Shown here: one piece after another, positions 29,038 to 38,645 of the stretch
Layout of the letters: every line of letters starts with the position of its first letter
Position numbering within the stretch: position 1 is the stretch's first letter
Source: Candidatus Omnitrophota bacterium
GTDB lineage: Bacteria > Omnitrophota > Gorgyraeia > Zapsychrales > Fredricksoniimonadaceae
Reading direction: 5' to 3'
DNA: 64,000 bases
Assembly: GCA_903860135.1 (NCBI GenBank)
Contig: CAIOPG010000014.1
Location: forward strand, 23,180 to 87,179
The notes under the pieces: generated by a model
What the model was told of the DNA's origin: nothing
The model's input: only the letters and a program-made list of their open reading frames with translations
Database searches by the model: none
Made by a program: the position numbers and the translations under genes

Positions 29038-32000
29038 TCAAGGAATGGGAATGGCACACTCCACCCCCGGCATGGCCCAAGACGCGGCGGGGGCCAGGGC
29101 AACGGGGAGACCGACATGCGGGATAAAGCCCTCGATGGGAATATTTACCAGGACTGGCATCATGCCGCTGACATCAGACGGACTTCCCTGTTCTACGATG
29201 ACTATACGACGGCTGTTAAAATCAATACCACCCGGCTTTAAGGTCGCGGTCTGGTCAGCCACAGCGACTCCCGCCCCCGCCAGGATCTCGGCGGCGCGCG
29301 GCGTAACCCCGGTGGGTGTGGGTGTGGTGTGCACCCCCGCCCGGCTCCAGCTTTCACCGGGATTCCACAACCGCCCGTCAAAACTGGCGCGCATGCTCAT
29401 CGTAACCCCGATAACCTTTGCCGCCAGCATCAGGCCAAACTGCCCGAGGGTGGCGTCAACAAGGAACTGTTCCTGCGCATCACGCATTTCAGGTACATTG
29501 ACCACCACATCTTCATGACCCGCCCGGCCTTTCAGCCAGGCCAATCCGCCCAGCGCACCGGTTTTAGGAAATGTCGCCTGTTTTAAACTCATCGCCCCGT
29601 GATGCTTCACATGCACCAGCGTAAGGTTCAGAAAAATATCACCGCGCGCCACATCCGATGCATGTTCCGTGACCAAATCTTTAGCCGGATCAGCTTCATA
29701 AATAGCCGCCGGTGACGTTGAGGCCAGTCCGTTGGCAAAAAGGCGCGAGAAGAAATTTCTTTGTGTCTTGGCAATGTGCGATGGCGCAGAAACAAACAAT
29801 TTACGTGCACCGATCCGCCCATTCTTGGGAAGCCCCCGCCAGCTGGAAACGCCTTCCGAAGCAAGAAATGGAAAAATATATTTAGTGAACAACCAGTCAA
29901 GCGAGGCTGTAACACCCCATAACCCTGCGACGGTCGGCACAGCAACCATCCCGCCGCTGGCCAGCGCGATCAATCCCGCCATGGGTGCTCCGATCTTAAA
30001 AACACTCCAGACAAAAATATCGCTCATTCTGTTAACCAGAAAAGGCCTCAGAAAATTCCAGCCCAAATTATCCCCGGTCGCCCGCAACGCTTTCCCCCAG
30101 GTATCCGGATAAACACGGCCCCGTTCATCCCGTCCAACGGACTCCCGCATATCTTCGCTTATTCCATCGACGATCAAGGTTGAAAGCCTCTCCAACTGCG
30201 ATGACGGCATCGTGACTTGCAGCGGATTCCCCGGCACGGCCAGAAGGTCTTTAGCCAGTTGAAGCACCAGATGGATCTGCTGGTACAAAAGCAACTGTTC
30301 GGAAATAACCGGCGCCTCGGAAGGATAAAAATCGCCTGTCAGGAATATCCGCCGGGTGAACGGATCGTCCATGCGCAACCCCTGCCCCAGGGCCGTATTC
30401 AATACCGAATCAATACGCGCTGTCATCCCGAAAACATTCTGCGGCTCAGCCAGTTTCATCAATAGCTTGGCCGACAAATTCGACGGGAACGTCGCGCCGG
30501 ACTTGCTGATCACAAGGACTACGGTATCCTGGCCGATCTTGAAATTGTCCGGAGCTTTAATGAAATCATTGGAATCCACACTTTCCACCTCGACCCCTGC
30601 CACAAGGCCGGAAAGGACAGGCTTCAGCATATCCGCAATCGTGTATGAATTGTCATATCCGACGATCAGCAGACGTGCCTTCCCGGACAACTTTTTAACC
30701 GCCACCAGCCGTTCGGCCAGATAAGCCGTAGACTGACGGTTAAATGAGCGCGCATTCCCCCACGCCAACCGGGCCTTGTTAAGGACGACCGGAATATCTT
30801 CAAGGTCCTCTTTCACCATTTCACGGCGGTTTTTGTATTTCACCGGCGGCGGAGCATAATACGGGTTCACCGTACCAAAAACATCCTGACGGACAGGATA
30901 GACCCTCGCCGTTACCTGCTCATCGGAAAGAACACCTTCTTCTTTTCTCCAAACACCCATCATGAATTTCCCCCGCGATGTGAATCGAAGGTCCGCCACC
31001 TCTCCGTCGCGCAAATGCAATACATCTGTCAAATGTTCCCCGTTGGGGCCTTGTGTTTTTAACGCACGCGGGTCAGAAGCAAAAGCAAAAACATCCAGGT
31101 CACGGTTAAATCCGATCGCCACATCCTGCTGGTCACACAAGACTGTCACACCGTCATCCCCGACCGACGCACGGACAAATACCCCGTAAGTCCCGTCAGA
31201 ACGCAAGGCAAGTTCTCTCACGGCATGTTCCCGGTCTGCGGTAAAAAACTTACGCACCATGGTCGCTATAAAGAGACCCCGCCCCTTGTCAGCATCACCA
31301 TAAACCTCCTGCCAGCGCGTTTCCCAACGGCTGAAAATCTGCCCTGCCACGGAATTGGCTTTAATTTCCTGACGCATCCGTATCGCCAGTAATTCCTCAA
31401 ATTTATCCAGGATCAGGCGCTGAGCTCCGGCACCGGCACGCCGGGCACTTTCTTCATCGGCAAACCAGCAGTCACGCCAATACTTTTCATCCCGCCCGGG
31501 CTTATATGACGGACGGACAAGATACGCCTTGGCTTCATCAAAAACACGCTCTATCACAGTGCCGGCCAGCACTTGCTCGTCCTTATACAGAAGATCTTCC
31601 TGAAGGCCTTTCCCATCAGGATGCCCGACCATATAATGCGCATAACGCAAGGAAGAATCCCAATCCCCCTGGGTCATGAAGAATCGCGCCTCCAGCGGCA
31701 ATACCGGAGAATCGCCCGGCGGCAACCCGTACAAGGCAGATTCAATCAAAGAGAATAAAATATTATCATAACCGATAAACTGCTTTCGCCAGACATGATC
31801 CAGTCCTTTAAACCGGCAGGACACCCGATTCCCCATCACATAGCCCGCCGCCTCCAGCTCCCGCAATATCCACCTGTAGTCCACCCGCGGATAATGTTCC
31901 GGCAACAGTTCCGCAATATGCTTCTTCAGATACCGCGCTGTCACCGGCCCTTCATAACGCATATACACCGCCGCCGGAAAAAACCGCCGCATCCCGGCAA

Positions 32001-34536
32001 CATCCATGACATCACCATCAGCATTCCCCATGCGCACGCCGTTATTATCCCCGTTATGCCCGGCGACCACCTGCACCGGCAACATGGCGCTGACAAGATT
32101 GCCCTCCACGTCAAAATTATAGATCTTCTTCACTTCCATGGGGCTCTTGTGCGGGTGCGCCGCATTCTGAACGATCTCCCCGCCGGTAGCAAAACGCACA
32201 TGGGCGACAAATCCGGCCACCGCGCCGCGTCCAAAATTATAAAGAGACCTCGCCTTAAACGGGAGCCTTGCCACAGCCTTCTTCACCATCGTACCGACCA
32301 CATCAGGATAAAAAACAAAACTTCCATTCCTGAAAAAAAGACCCCTCTTGTTCTTTAACACCTTAACGCCATGCAAAACCTCAGCCTTTTTATTCGCCCT
32401 GGCAAACGTGAACATCCCCATCTGCTGTCCGCCCCGGTCTTCGAGCGTCCCTGCCATCGATTCCATCCATCCGGTAAACTTGCCACCCGTATCCCGGACC
32501 GGCTCACCTTGCGGCGTGAATTTGAGCAAGCCTAAAATGCCGCAACGCAGAATACCCTGCTCTTGCGGCGACCCTGACCCTAGCCAACTGAGCAAAAGCC
32601 CACCGATCATGGCCCCCGCCTGCCAGATGCCGCCAAGGTCTGCCGTCCAAAACCCCATAAGAAGCGCATTAAACAAATTGTTCATCGTAAATAATGATTT
32701 AATACCCTTCTTGATACCTACTGCCGGCAAGGTTCCGCCGGCGCCAGAAATAGTGCCATCCAATTGTTTCTCGGCGCGCTTTAACAAATCATCCATCGCC
32801 ATCAGCTCGGTAGCCGGCGGTTCTCCTTTAGCATCTGCCACCATCTGACGCATCGCTTCATGAAGATCAACCGTATCTAGAATCTCTGTGTGTTTAACAG
32901 GCTTAACTTCAGAAACAACATTTTTCCCCCGACGAAAAACACCCCATCCGACAGCACCTAAAGCACCCAGGACCCCGGCCGCAATCCAGGCTGTCTTATA
33001 ATCTGCCCTGCCCGGCACCCCCGACTGCCCGCCGGATAAGTCCTGCGGTATAGACGCCTTGATCAACACGGTTGTCCCTGCAGCCACATGCCTCACATCC
33101 TGACCGCCGGACACACGGCTAACCACACCATCTTTTCCCCACATAGCTCCGGCCAACGACGATTGACTGTACGCCTGCGGATCAACTTCCTTAAAAGCCA
33201 CCCGCATCTGCTCGATGGCCTGCCCGTACGTTTCACCGGCCGCCAGCTGGACCAGGGTCGATCGCCCGTCAGCCGACGGGGTAAATACAGCGGCCTCCGA
33301 TGCCTGTGGCAGGGAGGCAAGCCCGCCCAGCGCTAAAAGCACCGCCAGAACGCCTGTCTTTAAGAAACGCCGCAAACGCCCTGTTTTCCCCGGCAAGGCA
33401 GAAGCTGGTTTTGCAGGCATCAGCTCCAGCGGCGCACGGACCATATCCATTCCGACATCGATCACGGCGCTTCCGCTCGTCTCAACATAAATCCCCGGGG
33501 CTGATACCCCACTCAAAACAACCCCGCCAGAAAAATATTTCCGCGGCAACAGCCCTCCATCGACAGGGTCTTCTTCTTCACGTATATACGCGTACACCCC
33601 GTCGTGCATGGAACGGACATAGCGGTTAAATAATTTCTCGCGCCAGGCGAGCGGCACATCATCGATCCCCGCCACCTTGTTACGCCCGACATACCCCGTC
33701 CCCAATGCCCCCTGCGCCCAATGCCGCTTGTACCACGTCGCCAGGACAAGGGCGGTATACACCTGCCGGACCGGCGCGAACAATCTGTCCTCATTCACCT
33801 GCCGGCGCAATTCAGGCAGGATGATTTCACGAAAAACATCCGTATAGATCCGGGAAACACCTTCTGCGCCGGACGTCCCGGCATGACGCCATGCTTGATA
33901 ATCCGCATCGGTCAAAACATCCAGGGCGGTGTTGGTGATAAAAACGCTGTCCGCGCGTGTATACACCCCCGCTGCTGCCGGAACAATCCAAACCCTGTTG
34001 GCCATATCCATGGGCACATCACGGGTCCCGTATTTTTCATACACCCGACGATACACCTCTTTCCAGAACCGCGCCCCCAGAGGCTTTTCCGGGTACGTCA
34101 GCGTGGCCGCCGCCTGTTTGAGCCAGTAATCCTGCTCGAGCAGGACCTTGCCCATGTCCGTGGTCGCAAACACATCCGGGATGATCCTGTCTTTCTCATA
34201 CGGCGACAAATTGACCCACAAATCCTCATCAGGCACCGCCAAAGACGCCACAAAGAAACGGCTCAGCCGTGTGATCGCGTGCTGAAGGACGCTCCCCGAC
34301 AATCCGCTATCCCCTTTATCGACCAGAAGATCAAACTTAAACGGCTCTTTCGCGTAAACCCGTATCCCTTTCATCATCAATGGTTTAAATGCGGGCGACG
34401 GTGCCACCATCAACCCTGATACAGGCATATCCGCCAGCAGCTGCGCACGGGCCGACCCCGTCCCACCGATCGTGTTCAAGGCAAACGCCATCAAAACGAT
34501 CCAGCAAAGCCCCCTCAGCCGCGTAAAATATCCCAT
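29038..34536 (-). CDS. Giant modular membrane protein (~1832 aa): N-terminal WVNLSPYEKDRII domain, internal signal-like and TM segments, GlmS-like amidotransferase/SIS module, GGIDFN tail
   Basis: Uninterrupted ORF; ATG at 34536 with GGGAGG RBS; signal peptide; motif-by-motif similarity to glmS at 35445-37277. Confidence 0.85.
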   Translation of the reverse strand: MGYFTRLRGLCWIVLMAFALNTIGGTGSARAQLLADMPVSGLMVAPSPAFKPLMMKGIRVYAKEPFKFDLLVDKGDSGLSGSVLQHAITRLSRFFVASLAVPDEDLWVNLSPYEKDRIIPDVFATTDMGKVLLEQDYWLKQAAATLTYPEKPLGARFWKEVYRRVYEKYGTRDVPMDMANRVWIVPAAAGVYTRADSVFITNTALDVLTDADYQAWRHAGTSGAEGVSRIYTDVFREIILPELRRQVNEDRLFAPVRQVYTALVLATWYKRHWAQGALGTGYVGRNKVAGIDDVPLAWREKLFNRYVRSMHDGVYAYIREEEDPVDGGLLPRKYFSGGVVLSGVSAPGIYVETSGSAVIDVGMDMVRAPLELMPAKPASALPGKTGRLRRFLKTGVLAVLLALGGLASLPQASEAAVFTPSADGRSTLVQLAAGETYGQAIEQMRVAFKEVDPQAYSQSSLAGAMWGKDGVVSRVSGGQDVRHVAAGTTVLIKASIPQDLSGGQSGVPGRADYKTAWIAAGVLGALGAVGWGVFRRGKNVVSEVKPVKHTEILDTVDLHEAMRQMVADAKGEPPATELMAMDDLLKRAEKQLDGTISGAGGTLPAVGIKKGIKSLFTMNNLFNALLMGFWTADLGGIWQAGAMIGGLLLSWLGSGSPQEQGILRCGILGLLKFTPQGEPVRDTGGKFTGWMESMAGTLEDRGGQQMGMFTFARANKKAEVLHGVKVLKNKRGLFFRNGSFVFYPDVVGTMVKKAVARLPFKARSLYNFGRGAVAGFVAHVRFATGGEIVQNAAHPHKSPMEVKKIYNFDVEGNLVSAMLPVQVVAGHNGDNNGVRMGNADGDVMDVAGMRRFFPAAVYMRYEGPVTARYLKKHIAELLPEHYPRVDYRWILRELEAAGYVMGNRVSCRFKGLDHVWRKQFIGYDNILFSLIESALYGLPPGDSPVLPLEARFFMTQGDWDSSLRYAHYMVGHPDGKGLQEDLLYKDEQVLAGTVIERVFDEAKAYLVRPSYKPGRDEKYWRDCWFADEESARRAGAGAQRLILDKFEELLAIRMRQEIKANSVAGQIFSRWETRWQEVYGDADKGRGLFIATMVRKFFTADREHAVRELALRSDGTYGVFVRASVGDDGVTVLCDQQDVAIGFNRDLDVFAFASDPRALKTQGPNGEHLTDVLHLRDGEVADLRFTSRGKFMMGVWRKEEGVLSDEQVTARVYPVRQDVFGTVNPYYAPPPVKYKNRREMVKEDLEDIPVVLNKARLAWGNARSFNRQSTAYLAERLVAVKKLSGKARLLIVGYDNSYTIADMLKPVLSGLVAGVEVESVDSNDFIKAPDNFKIGQDTVVLVISKSGATFPSNLSAKLLMKLAEPQNVFGMTARIDSVLNTALGQGLRMDDPFTRRIFLTGDFYPSEAPVISEQLLLYQQIHLVLQLAKDLLAVPGNPLQVTMPSSQLERLSTLIVDGISEDMRESVGRDERGRVYPDTWGKALRATGDNLGWNFLRPFLVNRMSDIFVWSVFKIGAPMAGLIALASGGMVAVPTVAGLWGVTASLDWLFTKYIFPFLASEGVSSWRGLPKNGRIGARKLFVSAPSHIAKTQRNFFSRLFANGLASTSPAAIYEADPAKDLVTEHASDVARGDIFLNLTLVHVKHHGAMSLKQATFPKTGALGGLAWLKGRAGHEDVVVNVPEMRDAQEQFLVDATLGQFGLMLAAKVIGVTMSMRASFDGRLWNPGESWSRAGVHTTPTPTGVTPRAAEILAGAGVAVADQTATLKPGGIDFNSRRIVIVEQGSPSDVSGMMPVLVNIPIEGFIPHVGLPVALAPAASWAMPGVECAIPIP

Positions 34537-34551
34537 CACAAACCTCCCGTA

Positions 34552-34700
34552 ATAAAAATGCCCAACGCTTTCCTTCCGACGGAAAACGCTGGGCCTCATT
34601 GTCCAGAAAATAGAACAGCCCAATTCGCCGTTAAGGGAGAATTGGGCCTCTGCGTCCAACCTGACGCCGCATCAACAACACTGTCCATGCGGCACGTCAA
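34552..34700 (-). promoter_or_regulatory. Structured leader with two terminator-like hairpins and three TGGAC-hexaloop motifs
   Basis: Hairpins at 34662-34699, 34618-34647 and 34560-34594 (followed by ATTTTT). Confidence 0.65.
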
Positions 34701-34709
34701 GACTTCTTA

Positions 34710-34738
34710 AATATACCCGATGAAACTGCGCGTGTCAA
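34710..34738 (-). promoter_or_regulatory. Sigma70 promoter of the giant gene
   Basis: Minus strand TTGACA-N17-TATATT. Confidence 0.75.
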
Positions 34739-34760
34739 GGGGGAGAGCTATTTACTAAAC

Positions 34761-35426
34761 CTACGACGGAAAACTGAGCAAAAGGACGAACTCGCCCATG
34801 GGGGCGTGGGCGGTGAAGCGGGCGTGGAGGGCGCTGGCTTTAGCTTCAAGGCGTTCTTCGAATTTTTTAGTTATCTCGCGGGTGACGACGATCACGGGGT
34901 CGCCCAGGACTTCTTCAATATCTTTCAAGGATTTTAACAGGCGGTGCGGGGATTCATAAAAAATAACCGTCCCGCCGATACGCGCGGCTTCCTCGATCTT
35001 GCGCCGACGGGCACCGGGCTTGACCGGCATGAAGCCCATGAACGCAAAACGATCCGTGGGCAAGCCGGACAATGACAAGGCGGCAATGCAGGCGCAGGCG
35101 CCGGGAATAACTGTTACCTCTACCCCGTTTTCGCGTGCTGAACGCACCAGGCGAAACCCCGGATCGCTGATCCCCGGCGTCCCGGCATCTGAAATCAGGG
35201 CGATGTTCTTGCCAGCCTTAAGCAGTTCCAGGATATACGCCACGCGTGACGTTTCATTGTGTTCGAAACAGCTGATCAACGGTGCTGTGATGCCATACTC
35301 CTTACACAAAATACCACTATGCCGCGTGTCTTCCGCCGCAATGAGATCAACGGACTTCAAGACCTCAATGGCGCGTAATGTTATATCTTTAAGATTGCCG
35401 ATAGGGGTTGAAACAATATACAACAT
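34761..35426 (-). CDS. rsmI: 16S rRNA (cytidine1402-2'-O)-methyltransferase
   Basis: LYIVSTPIGNL.DIT.RA, AEDTR, SDAGTP.ISDPG, YESPHR, REITK.FEE. Confidence 0.98.
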   Translation of the reverse strand: MLYIVSTPIGNLKDITLRAIEVLKSVDLIAAEDTRHSGILCKEYGITAPLISCFEHNETSRVAYILELLKAGKNIALISDAGTPGISDPGFRLVRSARENGVEVTVIPGACACIAALSLSGLPTDRFAFMGFMPVKPGARRRKIEEAARIGGTVIFYESPHRLLKSLKDIEEVLGDPVIVVTREITKKFEERLEAKASALHARFTAHAPMGEFVLLLSFPS

Positions 35427-35444
35427 CAGCAGACCACCGGAGGA

Positions 35445-37277
35445 TTATTCAACAGTCACAGACTTGGCAAGGTTGCGCGGCTGATCCACGTCGCAGCCGC
35501 GGTTGACCGCAATGTAATACGCCAAAAACTGCAACGGCAGTGCCGCCAGGAGCGGTGTCAGTAATTTGTGGGTCGACGGGATCGAAATAACATGCGTGGC
35601 ATGATGCGCGATAGACTGATCGCCCTCGGTGGCAATGACAATGACCTTGCCTTTGCGCGACAGGATCTCCTGCATATTGGAGATCATCTTTTCATAAAAG
35701 TCCGACTGCGGGGCAAGGCAAACAACCGCACGATACTCGTCGATGAGCGCGATGGGACCATGTTTCATCTCGCCTGCCGCATACCCTTCAGCCGGGATAT
35801 ACGAAATTTCCTTGAGCTTCAAGGCCCCTTCGAGCGCCGAAGGATAATTGATATTGCGCCCCAGATACAGGAAACACCCAAAATGAGAGAAATCCTTGGC
35901 CACCGCCTCGATGGCCGCATGACCTTTGAGGATCTGGCGATACAAAGCCGGAATTTCCGCCAGTTCCTTAACCAGGAACGCACGACTTTTCGGCGCCAGG
36001 CTCTTGTGCGCCCAGGCGAGCTTCAGCGCCAGGATATAAAACATCATGAGCTGAGCCGTATACGCCTTGGTCGACGCCACCCCGATCTCGGGGCCTGCAT
36101 GCGTATAAAGGACACCGTCCGCTTCGCGCGCCAGCGACGACCCGATCACATTGCAGATCGCAACGATTCTGGCACCCAGAGCCTTGGCCGCACGCACCGC
36201 CGCCAGCGTATCGGCCGTTTCACCCGACTGGCTGACCGCGATAATAAGCGTCTTTTTATCAACCAGCAAAGTCCGGTAACGGAATTCGCTCGATACATCC
36301 ACCTCTACCGGGACTCGCGCCAGTTCCTCGATAATATAGCGCCCGACCAGCCCCGCATGATACGCCGTGCCGCACGCCACGATCTTGATGCGCGTCATCC
36401 CTTTAAGGACTGCATCCGAAAGCCCCAGACCCTCGAGCACCGAGGCACCGCCCTTCAGGCGCGCCTTGAGCATCTTGGCCAGCACCTCCGGCTGTTCGTG
36501 AATTTCCTTGAGCATGAAATGCGGATACCCCTGCTTCTGGGCCGCATCCATCTGGAACGTCACACGGTCAACCTTCGGCTTGCGGGCTTTCCCGTCGAAC
36601 GACATGACCTTGACACCATCGCGGCGCAAGACCGCGATCTCGCCATCCTTTAGATAAATAACATCGCGCGTATGCCGGATGATCGCCGGCACATCCGAAG
36701 CAATAAAATTTTCGCCCTTCCCCACACCAATAATCAGCGGACTACCAACACGCGCCGCCACAAGTGTCGCCGGGTCATCGGAAGACATCACGCCAATGGC
36801 AAAGGCACCTTCCAAATCCTTGATCGCCCGCTGTACCGCTTTGACAAGGTCACCGCCAAAATATTCCTGCACCAGATGGACAATAACTTCCGTATCCGTT
36901 TCAGAAAGGAATTTGTACCCCTTGCGGATGAGCGCGGCCTTGAGTGTTTGGTAATTTTCAATGATACCGTTATGGACAACGGCAATGGTGTGTTCCGCAT
37001 TAGGATGCGGATGTGAATTCTTGCGGCAAGGAGCGCCGTGCGTGGCCCAGCGGGTATGCGCGATCCCTACATGCGCTGACGGCAGAGGGTTGCCGGCAAT
37101 ATGCTCTTCCAAGCAACGGATCTTGCCCTGCTCCTTGCGGATCTCGAGCTTTCCGCCCGCCACCGGGAGAAGGCAAACACCACTCGAATCATATCCGCGA
37201 TATTCGAGGTTCTTCAACCCTTCAAGAAGGAGCGGAAGCGCCTCTTTGCCGCCGACATATCCGATGATCCCGCACAT
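35445..37277 (-). CDS. glmS: Glutamine--fructose-6-phosphate transaminase
   Basis: MCGI, LEYRGYDS, HTRWATHG, SQSGETADT, VASTKAY, PRNLAKSVTVE. Confidence 0.99.
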   Translation of the reverse strand: MCGIIGYVGGKEALPLLLEGLKNLEYRGYDSSGVCLLPVAGGKLEIRKEQGKIRCLEEHIAGNPLPSAHVGIAHTRWATHGAPCRKNSHPHPNAEHTIAVVHNGIIENYQTLKAALIRKGYKFLSETDTEVIVHLVQEYFGGDLVKAVQRAIKDLEGAFAIGVMSSDDPATLVAARVGSPLIIGVGKGENFIASDVPAIIRHTRDVIYLKDGEIAVLRRDGVKVMSFDGKARKPKVDRVTFQMDAAQKQGYPHFMLKEIHEQPEVLAKMLKARLKGGASVLEGLGLSDAVLKGMTRIKIVACGTAYHAGLVGRYIIEELARVPVEVDVSSEFRYRTLLVDKKTLIIAVSQSGETADTLAAVRAAKALGARIVAICNVIGSSLAREADGVLYTHAGPEIGVASTKAYTAQLMMFYILALKLAWAHKSLAPKSRAFLVKELAEIPALYRQILKGHAAIEAVAKDFSHFGCFLYLGRNINYPSALEGALKLKEISYIPAEGYAAGEMKHGPIALIDEYRAVVCLAPQSDFYEKMISNMQEILSRKGKVIVIATEGDQSIAHHATHVISIPSTHKLLTPLLAALPLQFLAYYIAVNRGCDVDQPRNLAKSVTVE

Positions 37278-37357
37278 AAAGACTCCCTGTCAACCCTCGC
37301 CTGAAGAATCTGCCTGTGGCACGCGCAGATCTTTGCCCCCGCCTTATCGCGCTACAC

Positions 37358-37621
37358 TTATGCGGCTTTGACAGCCTCAAGCGGACGGATATGAATATAG
37401 GAAGAACGCTTGCCCTGACGACTGCGCTTCTGGGTGAAGTAAACCTCGCCCTCGCACGCCGCTGAAAGATGCATACGGCCGCGCACATTAAGACCCGGCT
37501 TCCACTGATCGCCTTCACGCGTCAGAACTGTGCCTTCTTTGACCTTCTGCCCGCCTGAAACCTTCATGCCCAGTGTTTCAGCGTAAATCTTGTGGGACAA
37601 ACCCCCGACTTTACCACCCAT
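37358..37621 (-). CDS. rpmA: 50S ribosomal protein L27 (divergent N-terminus)
   Basis: LG.KV.GGQ.V..G.VL.R.G..W.PG.NV, L.A..EG.V.F, I.I.P. Confidence 0.8.
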   Translation of the reverse strand: MGGKVGGLSHKIYAETLGMKVSGGQKVKEGTVLTREGDQWKPGLNVRGRMHLSAACEGEVYFTQKRSRQGKRSSYIHIRPLEAVKAA

Positions 37622-37752
37622 GATAACCAGCCTCGTTAATGATTGATCTGACTTGCCTGCACATTTTCCTAAGAACACATCAACTGCATAGAAAATGAAG
37701 ACAAAAATATACTACATTTTTCATCTTTCGCAAAGGAATTTCTTTAAGCGCC

Positions 37753-38568
37753 CTACTTTTTCAACAATGGCTCTATGGCTGACTTCCATCCGGTCAGATC
37801 ACGCACCCGGACTTTCTTGCCATTCAGGAAATACGTAGGGGTACCGCGCACATCCGCCTTCTTGGCTTCTTCCATATCTGCCGCGATCTTCTTTTCAAAC
37901 ACAGCATCCTGATCTTTCAGATCCTTTAAGAACTGATCCACCTTAAGCCCCGCCTTAACCGCAAGCTCCTTATATTTAGCATCGCTTAACTCTTTGGAAT
38001 TCTCCATCAACAACGCGACCATGGGATAATATTTACCCTGCAACCCGGCCGCAAGCGCCGCCTTGGCCGCCGGGCGCGCATGCTGATGGAAAGGCAAAGG
38101 ATAATTTTTCAATACCACTTTCACATCTTTGGGAAACGCCTTGATGACTTCCTGCAATACCGGATGAAACACGGCGCAATACGGGCACTGAAAATCCGAG
38201 AACTCGACGATCGTAACCGGCGCATCAGGATTGCCGTTGACATACGAATCCCCCACCGGAATGTCATAAACACGGTCAAAGTCTTCCTGCGGTTCCGACG
38301 GTACTGCCGATGAGGGACGGTTCTTTAACAACTTGATTTCCGTCTCAAGCGCCGTCATGCGCGTCAGTATGGCCGTCAAATTCCCGGCATTCTCTGTCGT
38401 CGCCTTGTTCATATCCTTCTGCGTCTGCGCCAGCTCTCTAACCGCCGCCACCATGGGTTGCATGGCTGTCCCGACCGACAGCGTCACACAAAAAATAATA
38501 GTCGCCACAAACAAAAGCCCCATCAACACCATCGCCGTAAACCTGACCGTTTTATTACCGCATTCCAT
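37753..38568 (-). CDS. DsbA-like thioredoxin-fold membrane protein
   Basis: GNPDAPVTIVEFSDFQCPYC, YPLPFH, GTPT.F.NG. Confidence 0.92.
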   Translation of the reverse strand: MECGNKTVRFTAMVLMGLLFVATIIFCVTLSVGTAMQPMVAAVRELAQTQKDMNKATTENAGNLTAILTRMTALETEIKLLKNRPSSAVPSEPQEDFDRVYDIPVGDSYVNGNPDAPVTIVEFSDFQCPYCAVFHPVLQEVIKAFPKDVKVVLKNYPLPFHQHARPAAKAALAAGLQGKYYPMVALLMENSKELSDAKYKELAVKAGLKVDQFLKDLKDQDAVFEKKIAADMEEAKKADVRGTPTYFLNGKKVRVRDLTGWKSAIEPLLKK

Positions 38569-38645
38569 ACACACCCCCTGATTGTTTCTTCAATAATATA
38601 AAACAGCCTACCGCGCGCGTCCTGCCTGCGCAAGTATTTTCCTGC

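Noticed and set aside
33355-33380. Tat signal (RRFLK) in the giant protein
   Set aside because: It is internal and does not fit RRxFLK spacing; kept only as a generic signal-like segment
34537-34659. Extended 5' start of the giant ORF (1873 aa in the track)
   Set aside because: The region is the structured leader; ATG at 34536 has a strong RBS and begins a signal peptide
37278-37357. Possible glmS ribozyme upstream of glmS
   Set aside because: Only ~80 nt available; AGCGC is present but the GACGAGG core and P2-P4 elements are not
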